Assembly: GCA_964016885.1 (NCBI GenBank)
Contig: OZ024742.1
Coordinates: forward strand, 186,496,001-186,560,000
Length of the DNA: 64,000 bases
Source: Eledone cirrhosa
Lineage: Eukaryota
Direction of reading: 5' to 3'
The position numbers and the translations under genes are program-made. The stretch's first letter is position 1; every line of letters begins with the position of its first letter. Positions 43,901 through 57,600 of the stretch are shown one piece after another. The notes below the pieces were generated by a model that ran no database searches, was not told the origin of the DNA, and saw only the letters and a list, made by a program, of their open reading frames with translations.

Positions 43901-46900
43901 AGGGAGAGACAGTGTATGTATGAGATTGTTTGAGAATGGGGGGTGGGAGAGACAGTGTATGTATGAGACTGTTTGGGAATGGGGGGAGGGAGAGACAGTG
44001 TATGAGACTGTTTAAGAATGGGGAGAGGGAGAGACAGTGTATGTATGAGACTGTTTGAGAATGGGGGGAGGGAGAGACAATGTATCTGTGAGACTGTTTG
44101 ACAATGGGGGGAGGGAGAGACAGTGTATGTGTGAGACTGTTTGAGAATGGGGGGAGGGAGAGACAGTGTATGTGTGAGACTGTTTGAGAATGGGGGGAGG
44201 GAGAGACAGTGTATGTGTGAGACTGTTTGAGAATGGGGGGAGGGAGAGACAGTGTATGTGGGACACTTATGAGAATGGGGTGAGGGAGAGACAGTGTATG
44301 TATGAGACTTTTTGATAATGGGGGGAGGGAGAGACAGTGTATGTATGAGACTGCTTGAGAATGGGGGGAGGGAGAGACAGTGTATGTGTGAGACTGTTTG
44401 AGAATGGGGGAGGGAGAGACAGCGTACGTGTGACACTGTTTGAGAATGGGGGAGGGAGAGACAGTGTATGTATAGACTGTTTGAGAATGAGGGGAGGGAG
44501 AGGCAGTGTATGTATGAGACTGGTTGAGAATGGGGGGAGGGAGAGACAGTGTATGTATGAGACAGTTTAAGAATGGGGGGAGGGAGAGACAGTTTATGTA
44601 TGAGACTGTTTGAGAATGGGGGGAGGAAGAGACAGTGTATGTATGAGATTGTTTGAGAATGGGGGGTGGGAGAGACAGTGTATGTATGAGACTGTTTGGG
44701 AATGGGGGGAGGGAGAGACAGTGTATGAGACTGTTTAAGAATGGGGAGAGGGAGAGACAGTGTATGTATGAGACTGTTTGAGAATGGGGGGAGGGAGAGA
44801 CAATGTATCTGTGAGACTGTTTGACAATGGGGGGAGGGAGAGACAGTGTATGTGTGAGACTGTTTTAGATTGGGGGGAGGGAGAGACAGTGTATGTGTGA
44901 GACTGTTTGAGAATGGGGGGAGGGAGAGACAGTGTATGTGTGAGACTGTTTGAGAATGGGGGGAGGGAGAGATAGTGTATGTATGAGACTGTTTGAGAAT
45001 GGGGGAGGGAGAGACAGTGTATGTGTGACACTGTTTTAGAATGAGTGGAGGGAGAGACAGTGTATGTGTGAGACTGTTTGAGAATGGGGCGAGGGAGAGA
45101 CAGTGTATGTATGAGACTGTTTGAGAATGGGGGAGGGAGAGACAATGTATGTATGAGACTGTTTGAGAATGGGGGGAGGGAGAGACAGTGTATGGACGAG
45201 ACTGTTTGAGAATGGGGGGAGGGAGAGACAGTGTATGTGTGAGACTGTTTGAGAATGGGGGGAGGGAGAGACAGTGTATGTGTGAGACTGTTTGAGAATG
45301 GGGGGAGGGAGATATAGTGTATGTATGAGACTGTTTGAGAATGGGGGAGGGAGAGACAGTGTATGTGTGACACTGTTTGAGAATGGGTGGAGGGAGAGAC
45401 AGTGTATGTGTGAGACTGTTTGAGAATGGGGGAGGGAGAGACAGCGTACGTGTGACACTGTTTGAGAATGGGGGAGGGAGAGACAGTGTATGTATAGACT
45501 GTTTGAGAATGGGGGGAGGGAGAGACAGTGTATGTGTGAGACTGTTTGAGAATGGGGGCAGGGTGAGACAGTGTATGTATGAGACAGTTTGAGAATGGGG
45601 GGAGGGAGATACAGTGTATGTATAAGACTGTTTGAGAATGGGGGGAGGGAGAGACAGTGTATGTGTGAGACTGTTTGAGAATGGGGGGAGGGAGAGACAG
45701 AGTATGTATGAGACTGTTTGAGAATGGGAGGAGGGTGAGACAGTGTATGTATAGACTGTTTGAGAATGAGGGGAGGGAGAGGCAGTGTATGTATGAGACT
45801 GTTTGAGAATGGGGAAGGGAGAGACAGTGTACGTATGAGACAGTTTAAGAATGGGGGGAGGGAGATACAGTGTATGTATGAGACTGTTTGAGAATGGGGG
45901 GAGGGAGAGACAGTGTATGTGTGAGACTGTTTGATAATGGGGGGGGGGGTGAGGGAGAGACAGTATTTGTGTGAGACTGTTTTAGAATGAGTGGAGGGAG
46001 AGACAGTGTATGTGTGAGACTGTTTGAGAATGGGGGGAGCGAGAGACAGTGTATGTATGAGACTGTGTGAGAATGGGGGGAGGGAGAGACAGTGTATGTG
46101 TGAGACTGTTTGAGAATGGGGGGGGGGGGGTGAGGGAGAGACAGTATTTGTGTGAGACTGTTTTAGAATGAGTGGAGGGAGAGACAGTGTATGTGTGACA
46201 CTGTTTAAGAATGGGGGGATGGAGAGATAGTGTATGTGTGAGACTGTTTGAGAATGGGGGAGGTAGAGACAGTGAATGTATGAGACTGTTTAAGAAGGGG
46301 GGAGGGAGAGACAGTGTAAGTGTGAGACTGTTTGAGAATGGGGGAGGGAGAGACAGTGTATGGACGAGACTGTTTGAGAATGGAGGGAGGGAGAGACAGT
46401 GTATGTATGAGACTGTTTGAGAATGGGGCGAGGGAGAGACAGTGTATGTGAGAGACTGTTTGAGAATGGGGGGAGGGAGAGACAGTGTATGTGTGAGACT
46501 GTTTGAGAATGGGGGAGGGAGAGACAGTGTATGTGTGAGAGTCTTTGAGAATGGGGGGAGGGAGAGACAGTGTATGTATGAGACTGTTTGAGAATGAGGG
46601 AGGGAGAAACAGTGTATGTGTGAGACTGTTTGAAAATGGGGGGAGGGAGAGACAGTGTATGTGAGAGATTGTTTGAGAATGGGGGGAGGGAGAGACAGTG
46701 TATGTGTGAGACTGTTTGAGAATGGGGGAGGGAGAGACAGTGTATGTATGAGACTGTTTAAGAATGGGGGGAGGGAGAGACAATGTATGTGTGAGACTGT
46801 TTGTGAATGTGGGGAGGGAGAGACAGTGTATGTGTGAGACTGTTTGAGAATGTGGGGAGGGAGAGACAGTGTATGTGTGAGACTGTTTGAGAATGGGGGG

Positions 46901-49900
46901 AGGGAGAGACAGTGTATGTGTGAGACTGTTTGAGAATGTGGGGAGGGAGAGACAGTGTATGTGTGAGACTGCTTGAGAATGGGGGGAGGGAGAGACAGTG
47001 TATGTATGAGACTGTATGAGAATGTGGGGAGGGAGAGACAGTGTATGTATGAGACTGTTTGAGAATGGGGGGAGGGAGAGACGGTGTATGTATGAGACTG
47101 TTTAAGAATGGGGGGAGGGAGAGACAGTGTATGTGTGAGACTGTTTGAGAATGGGGGGGGGGTGAGGGAGAGACAGTATTTGTGTGAGACTGTTTTAGAA
47201 TGAGTGGAGGGAGAGACAGTGTATGTGTGAGACTGTTTAAGAATAGGGGGATGGAGAGATAGTGTATGTGTGAGACTGTTTGAGAATGGGGGAGAGAGAG
47301 ACAGTGAATGTATGAGACTGTTTAAGAAGGGGGGAGGGAGAGACAGTGTAAGTGTGAGACTGTTTGAGAATGGGGGAGGGAGAGACAGTGTATGGACGAG
47401 ACTGTTTGAGAATGGAGGGAGGGAGAGACAGTGTATGTATGAGACTGTTTGAGAATGGGGCGAGGGAGAGACAGTGTATGTGAGAGACTGTTTGAGAATG
47501 GGGGGAGGGAGAGACAGTGTATGTGTGAGACTGTTTGAGAATGGGGGAGGGAGAGACAGTGTATGTGTGAGAGTCTTTGAGAATGGGGGGAGGGAGAGAC
47601 AGTGTATGTATGAGACTGTTTGAGTATGAGGGAGGGAGAAACAGTGTATGTGTGAGACTGTTTGAGAATGGGGGGAGGGAGAGACAGTGTATGTGTGAGA
47701 CTGTTTGAGAATGGGGGGAGGGAGAGACAGTGTATGTGTGAGACTGTTTGAGAATGTGGGGAGGGAGAGACAGTGTATGTGTGAGACTGCTTGAGAATGG
47801 GGGGAGGGAGAGACAGTGTATGTATGAGACTGTATGAGAATGTGGGGAGGGAGAGACAGTGTATGTATGAGACTGTTTGAGAATGGGGGGAGGGAGAGAC
47901 AGTGTATGTATGAGACTGTTTAAGAATGGGGGGAGGGAGAGACAGTGTATGTGTGAGACTGTTTGAGAATGGGGGGGGGTGAGGGAGAGACAGTATTTGT
48001 GTGAGACTGTTTTAGAATGAGTGGAGGGAGAGACAGTGTATGTGTGAGAATGTTTAAGAATGGGGGGATGGAGAGATAGTGTATGTGTGAGACTGTTTGA
48101 GAATGGGGGAGAGAGAGACAGTGAATGTATGAGACTGTTTAAGAAGGGGGGAGGGAGAGACAGTGTAAGTGTGAGACTGTTTGAGAATGGGGGAGGGAGA
48201 GACAGTGTATGGACGAGACTGTTTGAGAATGGAGGGAGGGAGAGACAGTGTATGTATGAGACTGTTTGAGAATGTGGCGAGGGAGAGACAGTGTATGTGA
48301 GAGACTGCTTGAGAATGGGGGAGGGAGAGACAGTGTATGTGTGAGAGTCTTTGAGAATGGGGGGAGGGAGAGACAGTGTTTTATGAGACTGTTTGAGAAT
48401 GAGGGAGAGAGAAACAGTGTATGTGTGAGACTGTTTGAGTATGGGGGGAGGGAGAGACAGTGTATGTGAGAGATTGTTTGAGAATGGGGGGAGGGAGAGA
48501 CAGTGTATGTGTGAGACTGTTTGAGAATGAGGGAGGGAGAGACAGTGTATGTATGAGACTGTTTAAGAATGGGGGGAGGGAGAGACAATGTATGTGTGAG
48601 ACTGTTTGAGAATGTGGGGAGGGAGAGACAGTGTATGTGTGAGACTGTTTGAGAATGTGGGGAGGGAGAGACAGTGTATGTGTGAGACTGTTTGAGAATG
48701 GGGGGAGGGAGAGACAGTGTATGTGTGAGACTGTTTGAGAATGTGGGGAGGGAGAGACAGTGTATGTGTGAGACTGCTTGAGAATGGGGGGAGGGAGAGA
48801 CAGTGTATGTATGAGACTGTATGAGAATGTGGGGAGGGAGAGACAGTGTATGTATGAGACTGTTTGAGAATGGGGGGAGGGAGAGACAGTGTATGTGTGA
48901 GACTGTTTGAGAATGGGGCGAGGGAGAGACAGTGTATGTGAGAGACTGTTTGAGAATGGGGGGAGGAAGAGACAGTGTATGTGTGAGACTGTTTGAGAAT
49001 GGGGGAGGGAGAGACAGTGTATGTGTGAGAGTCTTTGAGAATGGGGGGAGGGAGAGACAGTGTATGTATGAGACTGTTTGAGTATGAGGGAGGGAGAAAC
49101 AGTGTATGTGTGAGACTGTTTGAGAATGGGGGGAGGGAGAGACAGTGTATGTGTGAGACTGTTTGAGAATGGGGGGAGGGAGAGACAGTGTATGTGTGAG
49201 ACTGTTTGAGAATGTGGGGAGGGAGAGACAGTGTATGTGTGAGACTGCTTGAGAATGGGGGGAGGGAGAGACAGTGTATGTATGAGACTGTATGAGAATG
49301 TGGGGAGGGAGAGACAGTGTATGTATGAGACTGTTTGAGAATGGGGGGAGGGAGAGACAGTGTATGTATGAGACTGTTTAAGAATGGGGGGAGGGAGAGA
49401 CAGTGTATGTGTGAGACTGTTTGAGAATGGGGGGGGGTGAGGGAGAGACAGTATTTGTGTGAGACTGTTTTAGAATGAGTGGAGGGAGAGACAGTGTATG
49501 TGTGAGAATGTTTAAGAATGGGGGGATGGAGAGATAGTGTATGTGTGAGACTGTTTGAGAATGGGGGAGAGAGAGACAGTGAATGTATGAGACTGTTTAA
49601 GAAGGGGGGAGGGAGAGACAGTGTAAGTGTGAGACTGTTTGAGAATGGGGGAGGGAGAGACAGTGTATGGACGAGACTGTTTGAGAATGGAGGGAGGGAG
49701 AGACAGTGTATGTATGAGACTGTTTGAGAATGTGGCGAGGGAGAGACAGTGTATGTGAGAGACTGTTTGAGAATGGGGGAGGGAGAGACAGTGTATGTGT
49801 GAGAGTCTTTGAGAATGGGGGGAGGGAGAGACAGTGTTTTATGAGACTGTTTGAGAATGAGGGAGAGAGAAACAGTGTATGTGTGAGACTGTTTGAGTAT

Positions 49901-50776
49901 GGGGGGAGGGAGAGACAGTGTATGTGAGAGATTGTTTGAGAATGGGGGGAGGGAGAGACAGTGTATGTGTGAGACTGTTTGAGAATGAGGGAGGGAGAGA
50001 CAGTGTATGTATGAGACTGTTTAAGAATGGGGGGAGGGAGAGACAATGTATGTGTGAGACTGTTTGAGAATGTGGGGAGGGAGAGACAGTGTATGTGTGA
50101 GACTGTTTGAGAATGTGGGGAGGGAGAGACAGTGTATGTGTGAGACTGTTTGAGAATGGGGGGAGGGAGAGACAGTGTATGTGTGAGACTGTTTGAGAAT
50201 GTGGGGAGGGAGAGACAGTGTATGTGTGAGACTGCTTGAGAATGGGGGGAGGGAGAGACAGTGTATGTATGAGACTGTATGAGAATGTGGGGAGGGAGAG
50301 ACAGTGTATGTATGAGACTGTTTGAGAATGGGGGGAGGGAGAGACAGTGTATGTGTGAGACTGTTTGAGAATGTGGGGAGGGAGAGACAGTGTATGTGTG
50401 AGACTGCTTGAGAATGGGGGGAGGGAGAGACAGTGTATGTATGAGACTGTATGAGAATGTGGGGAGGGAGAGACAGTGTATGTATGAGACTGTTTGAGAA
50501 TGGGGGGAGGGAGAGACAGTGTATGTATGAGACTGTTTAAGAATGGGGGGAGGGAGAGACAGTGTATGTGTGAGACTGCTTGAGAATGGGGGGAGGGAGA
50601 GACAGTGTATGTGTGAGACTGTTTGAGAATGTGGGGAGGGAGAGACAGTGTATGTGTGAGACTGTTTGAGAATGGGGGGAGGGAGAGACAGTGTATGTAT
50701 GAGACAGTTTAAGAATGAGGGGAGGGAGAGACAGTGTATGTATGGGACTGTTTGAGAATGGGGGTAGGGAGAGACA
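4921..50776 (+). repeat. 43-bp satellite array (about 45.9 kb, roughly 1,070 monomers) with higher-order repeats
   Basis: Consensus GAGAATGGGGGGAGGGAGAGACAGTGTATGTATGAGACTGTTT. The period is 43 (e.g. 4925 to 4968), with 42/44-bp variants from G-run length. All copies are head-to-tail with no unique insertion seen. Identical translated blocks recur at spacings of 1498, about 2436, about 811 and 1458 bp. Confidence 0.98.
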
Positions 50777-51897
50777 TACGCACCACATACACTCACACTC
50801 TACATACACACACCACATACACACACCACACACCACACACCACATACACAACCCACACACCACATACACTCACACTCTACATACACACACCACATACACA
50901 CATACACACACCACACACCACATACACACACACCATACACCAAATACACACACCACACACCACATACACTCACACTCTACATTCACACACCACACACCAC
51001 ACACCACACACCACCTACCACATACACTCACACTCTACATACACACACCACATACCCACATACACACACCACACACAATATCCACTCACAATACATACAC
51101 ACACCACACAACACATACACACACCACGTACCACATACACTCACGCTCTACATACACACTCTACACACCACATACACTCACACTCTACATACTCACACAC
51201 ACATACACATAATACGCACCACACACACATGCACTCACACGCATCACACACACATACACACACCATACAGACATACTCTCTCACACATCACATACACATA
51301 AACACACGACACACACATCGCACACACATACACTCACACACACAACACACACATACACACGCATCACACACACACACATACACTCACCCACATCACACAC
51401 ACATACACTCACACACAACACACACATACACTCACGCACATCAGACACACATACACTCACACACACATCACACACATACACTCACATACACATCACACAC
51501 ACATCACACACAGACACACACACCACACACACACATACACACTCATCACGCACATACACACATCACACACACACACACAACACACACATACACACATCGC
51601 ACACACACACACACGATACACACACTCACACACATATACTGACACACATCACACACACATACACACACACATCACACACATACACTCACACACATCACAC
51701 ACACATACACTCACACATACGCACACATCACACACATACACACATCACACACACCACACACACATACTCATCACACACACATACACACATACACACACCA
51801 AACACGCCGCATACACACACATACACACAAATGCATGCACACATGCACACACACTCATACACAGAGACTCACTCACACACTACACACACACACACAT
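50777..51897. repeat. CA-rich degenerate simple repeat/minisatellite
   Basis: (CA)n-derived sequence with a recurring unit CACCACATACACTCACACTCTACATACACAC in the first 400 bp, and CACATCACACACACATACACT variants after that. Confidence 0.9.
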
Positions 51898-51926
51898 ATA
51901 TATATCTATGCATAAATATATACATA

Positions 51927-52196
51927 TATGTGTGTGAGAGAGATAACGTGTGTGTATGTGTATGAAACTGTATGTGTAGGGTCTGTGTGTATGTGTGTAT
52001 GAAAGTGTGTGTGGTGCGTATGTGTATGGAAGTGTGTGTGTGTGCATGTGTGTATGAAAGTGTATGAGTGTGGTGTGTGTGTGTATGAAAGTGTGTGTGT
52101 GCATGTGTGTATGAAAGTGTATGTGTGTGGTGAGCGTGTGTATGAAAATGTGTATCGGTGTGTGTGTGTGTTTGTATGAAAGTGTATGTATGTGTG
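51927..52196. repeat. TG-rich minisatellite (unit of about 27-35 bp anchored on GTATGAAAGTG)
   Basis: About eight recurrences of TATGAAAGTG-like cores separated by (TG)n. Confidence 0.85.
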
Positions 52197-52443
52197 AACA
52201 TACGACATAAAGATAATGGTGGTCAGTGGTTATAGTGGTAGTGTAGAAGAATCAATCAATATTGTTCACTATTTCTATGATGTCGACAGGGCGCAGTGAC
52301 ACGGAGATCAATTAATTTCACTGTTGTCACACACATGTAACACCTCAGGGAATATTGCCAATAATCTGCTACAGATCCCTTTAGAATCTAAGGTGAAGAT
52401 GTGCCTCTAATAACTCTTCCTACCTTTCTCATCTATTCTGTTA

Positions 52444-54661
52444 GTTTTTAACAAACCCTTTATACAAACCTATACCAGGTTGGCTTTCAACTATTGCTAT
52501 TGTATTTACTATATAATTTCTCTCCCTGTTTTTAACAAACCCTTTATACAAACCTATACCAGATTGGCTTTCAACTATTGCTATTGTATTTACTATATAA
52601 TTTCCCTCCCTGTTTTTAACAAACCCTTTATACAAACCTATACCAGATTGGCTTTCAACTGTTGCTATTGGATTTACTATATAATTTCTCTCCCTGTTTT
52701 CAACAAGACCTTTATACAAACCTATACCAGATTGGCTCTCATTGCTATTGTATTTACTATATACTTTCTCTCCTTGTTTTTAACTAACCCTTTATACAAA
52801 TTTATACCAAATTGGCTTTCAACTATTGCTATTGTATTTACTATATAATTTCTCTCCCTGTTTTTAACAAACGCTTTATACAAACCTATACCAGATTGGC
52901 TTTCAACTATTGCTATTGTATATACTATATAGTTTCTCTCCTTGTTTTTAACAAACCCTTTATACAAACCTATACCAGATTGGCTCTCATTGCTATTGTA
53001 TTTACTATATAATTTCTATCTATGTTTTTAACAAACCATTTATATAATTTCTCTCCCTGTTTTTAACAAACCCTTTATACAAACCTATACCAGATTGGCT
53101 TTCAACTATTGCTATTGGATTTACTATATAATTTCTCTCCCTGTTTTCAACAAGACCTTTATACAAACCTATACCAGATTGGCTCTCATTGCTATTGTAT
53201 TTACTATATACTTTCTCTCCTTGTTTTTAACTAACCCTTTATACAAACCTATACCAAATTGGCTTTCAACTATTGCTATTGTATTTACTATATAATTTCT
53301 CTCCCTGTTTTTAACAAACGCTTTATACAAACCTATACCAGATTGGCTTTCAACTATTGCTATTGTATATACTATATAGTTTCTCTCCTTGTTTTTAACA
53401 AACCCTTTATACAAACCTATACCAGATTGGCTCTCATTGCTATTGTATTTACTATATAATTTCTATCTATGTTTTTAACAAACCATTTATATAATTTCTC
53501 TCCCTGTTTTTAACAAACCCTTTATACAAACCTATACCAGATTGGCTTTCAACTATTGCTATTGTATATACTATATATTTTCTCTCCTTGTTTTTAACAA
53601 ACCCTTTATACAAACCTATACCAGATTGGCTTTCAACTATTGCTATTGTATTTACTATATAATTTCTCTCCCTGTTTTTAACAAACCCTTTATACAAACC
53701 TATACCAGATTGGCTCTCATTGCTATTGTATTTACTATATACTTTCTCTCCTTGTTTTTAACAAACCCTTTATACAAACCTATACCATATTGGCTTTCAA
53801 ATATTGCAATTGTATTTACTATATACTTTCTCTCCCTGTTTTTAACAAATCCTTTATACAAACCTATACCAGATTGGTTAACAAATATTGCTATTGTATT
53901 TATTATATAATTTCCCTCCCTGTTTTTAAGAAACCCTTTATACAGACATCTACCAGATTAGCTCTCAACTATTGCTATTGTATTTACTATATAATTTCTA
54001 TCTATGTTTTTAACAAACCATTTATTCAAACCTATACCAGATTAGTTTTCAATTATTGCTATTGTATTTATTATATAATTTCCCTCCCTGTTTTTAAGAA
54101 ACCCTTTATACAAACCTATACCAGATAGGCTCTCAACTATTGCTATTGTATTTACTATATAATATCTTTCCCTGTTTTTAACAAACCCTTTATAGAAACC
54201 TATACCAGATTGGCTTTCAACTATTGCTATTTTATTTACTATATAGTTTCTCTCCCTGTTTTTAACAAACGCGTTATACAAACCTATACCAGATAGGATT
54301 TCAACTATTGCTATTGTATTTACTATATAATTTCTCCCTCTGTTTTTAACAAAACATTTATACAAACCTATACCAGATTGGCTCTCATTGCTATTGTATT
54401 TACTATATAATTTTCCTCCCTGCTTTTAACTAACCCTTTATACAAACCTATACCAGATTGGCTTTCAACTATTGCTATTGTATTTACTATATAATTTCTC
54501 TCCCTGATTTTAACAAACGCTTTATACAAACCTATACCAGATTGGCTTTCAACTATTGCTATTGTATTTACTATATAATTTCTCTCCCTGTATTTAACAA
54601 ACCCTGTATACAAACCTATACCAGATTGGCTCTCAACTATTGCTATTGTATTTACTATATA
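52444..54661 (+). repeat. 84-bp AT-rich satellite (about 27 units) with 80-bp variants and a 447-bp duplication
   Basis: Unit TTTTTAACAAACCCTTTATACAAACCTATACCAGATTGGCTTTCAACTATTGCTATTGTATTTACTATATAATTTCTCTCCCTG with period 84 (52451, 52535, 52619). GGCTCTCATTG variants lack 4 nt. Near-identical translated blocks lie 447 bp apart (52722/53169 and 52812/53259). Confidence 0.97.
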
Positions 54662-57600
54662 GTGTTGTATGATGGTGTTGTGTGGTGGTGTTGTATGGTG
54701 TTGCTGTATGGAGGTGTTGTATGGTGGTGATGTATGTTGGTGTTGTATGGTGGTGTTGTATGGTGGTGTTGTATGGTGGTGTTGTATGATGGTGGTGTAT
54801 GGTGGTGTTGTATGATGGTGTTGTATGGTGGTGTTGTATGGTGGTGTTGAATGGTGGTGTTTTATGGTGGTGTTGTTTTATGGTGGTGTCGAATGGTGGT
54901 GTTGTATGGTGGTGTTGTAAGGTGGTGTTGTATGGTGGTGTTGTATGGTGGTGTTGTGTGATGGTGCTGTATGGTGGTGTTGTATGGTGGTGTTGTATGA
55001 TTGTTGTATGGTGGTGTTGTATGGTTGTGTTGTATGGTGGTGTTGTATGGTGGTGGTGTATGGTGGTGTTGTATGGTGGTGTTGTATGTTGGTGTTGTAT
55101 GGTGGTGTTGTATGGTGGTGTTGTATGGTGGTGTTGTATGATGGTGGTGTATGGTGGTGTTGTATGGTGGTGTTGTATGTTAGTGTTGTATGGTGGTGTA
55201 GTATGTTGTTGTATGGTGGTGTTGTATGGTGGTGTTGTATGGTGGTGTTGTGTGATGGTGTTGTATGGTGGTTTTGTATGATGGTGTTGTATGATGGTGT
55301 TGTATGGCGGTGTTGTATGATGGTGTTGTATGGTGGTGTTGTATGGTGGTGTTGTGTGGTGGTGTTGTGTGATGGTGGTGTATGGTCGTTTTGTATGATG
55401 GTGTTGTATGATGGTGTTGTATGGCGGTGTTGTATGATGGTGTTGTATGGTGGTGTTGTATGGTGGTGTTGTGTGAATGTGTTGTATGGTGGTGTTGTAT
55501 GGTGGTGTTGTATGGTGGTGTTGTATGGTGTTGTTGTATGGTGGTGTTGTATGGTGGTGTTGTATGGTGGTGTTGTATGGTGGTGTTGTATGGTGGTGTT
55601 GTATGGTGGTGTTGTATGGTGGTGTTGTATGGTGGTGTTGTGTGATGGCGTTGTATGGTGGTGTTGTATGGTGCTGTTGTATGGTGGTGGTGTATGGTGG
55701 TGTTGTATGGTGGTGGTGTATGGTGGTGTTGTATGGTGGTGTTGTATGGTGGTGTTGTATGGTGGTGTTGTATGGTGGTGGTGTATGGTGGTGTTGTATG
55801 GTGGTGTTGTATGTTGGTGTTGTATGGTGGTGTTGTATGGTGGTGTTGTATGGTGGTGTTGTATGATGGTGGTGTATGGTGGTGTTGTATGGTGGTGTTG
55901 TATGTTAGTGTTGTATGGTGGTGTAGTATGTTGTTGTATGGTGGTGTTGTATGGTGGTGTTGTATGGTGGTGTTGTGTGATGGTGTTGTATGGTGGTTTT
56001 GTATGATGGTGTTGTATGATGGTGTTGTATGGCGGTGTTGTATGATGGTGTTGTATGGTGGTGTTGTATGGTGGTGTTGAGTGGTGGTGTTGTGTGATGG
56101 TGTTGTATGGTCGTTTTGTATGATGGTGTTGTATGATGGTGTTGTATGGCGGTGTTGTATGATGGTGTTGTATGGTGGTGTTGTATGGTGGTGTTGTGTG
56201 AATGTGTTGTATGGTGGTGTTGTATGGTGGTGTTGTATGGTGGTGTTGTATGGTGTTGTTGTATGGTGGTGTTGTATGGTGGTGTTGTATGGTGGTGTTG
56301 TATGGTGGTGTTGTATGGTGGTGTTGTATGGTGGTGTTGTATGGTGGTGTTGTGTGATGGCGTTGTATGGTGGTGTTGTATGGTGCTGTTGTATGGTGGT
56401 GGTGTATGGTGGTGTTGTATGGTGCTGTTGTATGGTGGTGGTGTATGGTGCTGTTGTATGAAGGTGGTGTATGGTGGTGGTGTATGTTGGTGTTGTAGGG
56501 TGGTGTTGTATGGTGGTGTTGTATGGTGGTGTTGTATGATGGTGGTGTATGGTGGTGTTGTATGATGGTGTTGTATGGTGGTGTTGTATGGTGGTGTTGA
56601 ATGGTGGTGTTGTATGGTCGTGTTGTATGGTGGTGTTGTATGGTGGTGTTGTGTGATGGCGTTGTATGGTGGTGTTGTATGGTGCTGTTGTATGGTGGTG
56701 TTGTATGGTGCTGTTGTATGATGGTGTTGTATGATGGTGTTGTATGGTGGTGGTGCATGGTGGTGTTGTATGGTGGTGTTGTATGGTGCTGTTGTATGAA
56801 GGTGTTGTATGGTGGTGGTGTATGGTGGTGTTGTATGATGGTGTTGTATGGCGGTGTTGTATGATGGTGTTGTATGGTGGTGTTGTATGGTGGTGTTGTG
56901 TGAATGTGTTGTATGGTGGTGTTGTATGGTGGTGTTGTATGGTGGTGTTGTATGGTGTTGTTGTATGGTGGTGTTGTATGGTGGTGTTGTATGGTGGTGT
57001 TGTATGGTGGTGTTGTATGGTGGTGTTGTATGGTCGTGTTGTATGGTGGTGTTGTATGGTGGTGTTGTGTGATGGCGTTGTATGGTGGTGTTGTATGGTG
57101 CTGTTGTATGGTGGTGGTGTATGGTGGTGTTGTATGGTGCTGTTGTATGGTGGTGGTGTATGGTGGTGTTGCATGGTGCTGTTGTATGATGGTGTTGTAT
57201 GATGGTGTTGTATGGTGGTGGTGTATGGTGGTGGTGTATGGTGGTGTTGCATTATTGTTGTGTGGTGGTATTGTATGATGGTGTTGTATGGTGATGTTGT
57301 ATGGTGGTGTTGTATGGTGGTGTTGTATGATGGTGTTGTATGGTGGTGGTGCATGGTGGTGTTGTATGGTGGTGTTGTATGGTGCTGTTGTATGAAGGTG
57401 TTGTATGGTGGTGGTGTATGGCGGTGTTGTATGATGGTGTTGTGTGGTGGTGTTGTATGTGGTGTTGTTGTATGGAGGTGTTGTATGGTGCTGATGTATG
57501 TTGGTGTTGTATGGTGGTGTTGTATGGTGGTGTTGTATGGTGGTGTTGTATGATGGTGGTGTTGTATGATGGTGGTGTTGTATGGTGGTGTTGTTTGGTG

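Noticed and set aside
4921-50776. CRISPR-like or cassette array (constant repeat plus variable field)
   Set aside because: The variable parts are only point variants of a shared 6-7-nt field, not unique spacers. There are no cas or recombinase genes, and the context is eukaryotic.
4840-50796. Very long minus-strand ORFs (up to 1681 aa) of HSQTVSYIHCLSLPPFSNSLIHTLSLPPPILKQSHTYTVSPSP repeats
   Set aside because: The 43-bp consensus lacks TTA, CTA and TCA on the plus strand, so the minus strand has no stops in any frame. The peptide cycles through all three frames and 42/44-bp monomers shift frame freely, which indicates no coding constraint.
50715-52208. His/Thr-rich ORFs
   Set aside because: They are translations of (CA)n/(TG)n simple sequence.
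52200-52443. Unique 240-bp spacer as a possible exon or regulatory island
   Set aside because: No recognisable ORF, RNA motif or repeat terminus is visible, so it cannot be assigned without a database search.
52441-54730. 28-aa repeat proteins (YKGFVKNRERNYIVNTIAIVESQSGIGL)
   Set aside because: Although 84 is divisible by 3, frequent 80-bp and 35-bp units break the frame, and no start or splice context is evident.
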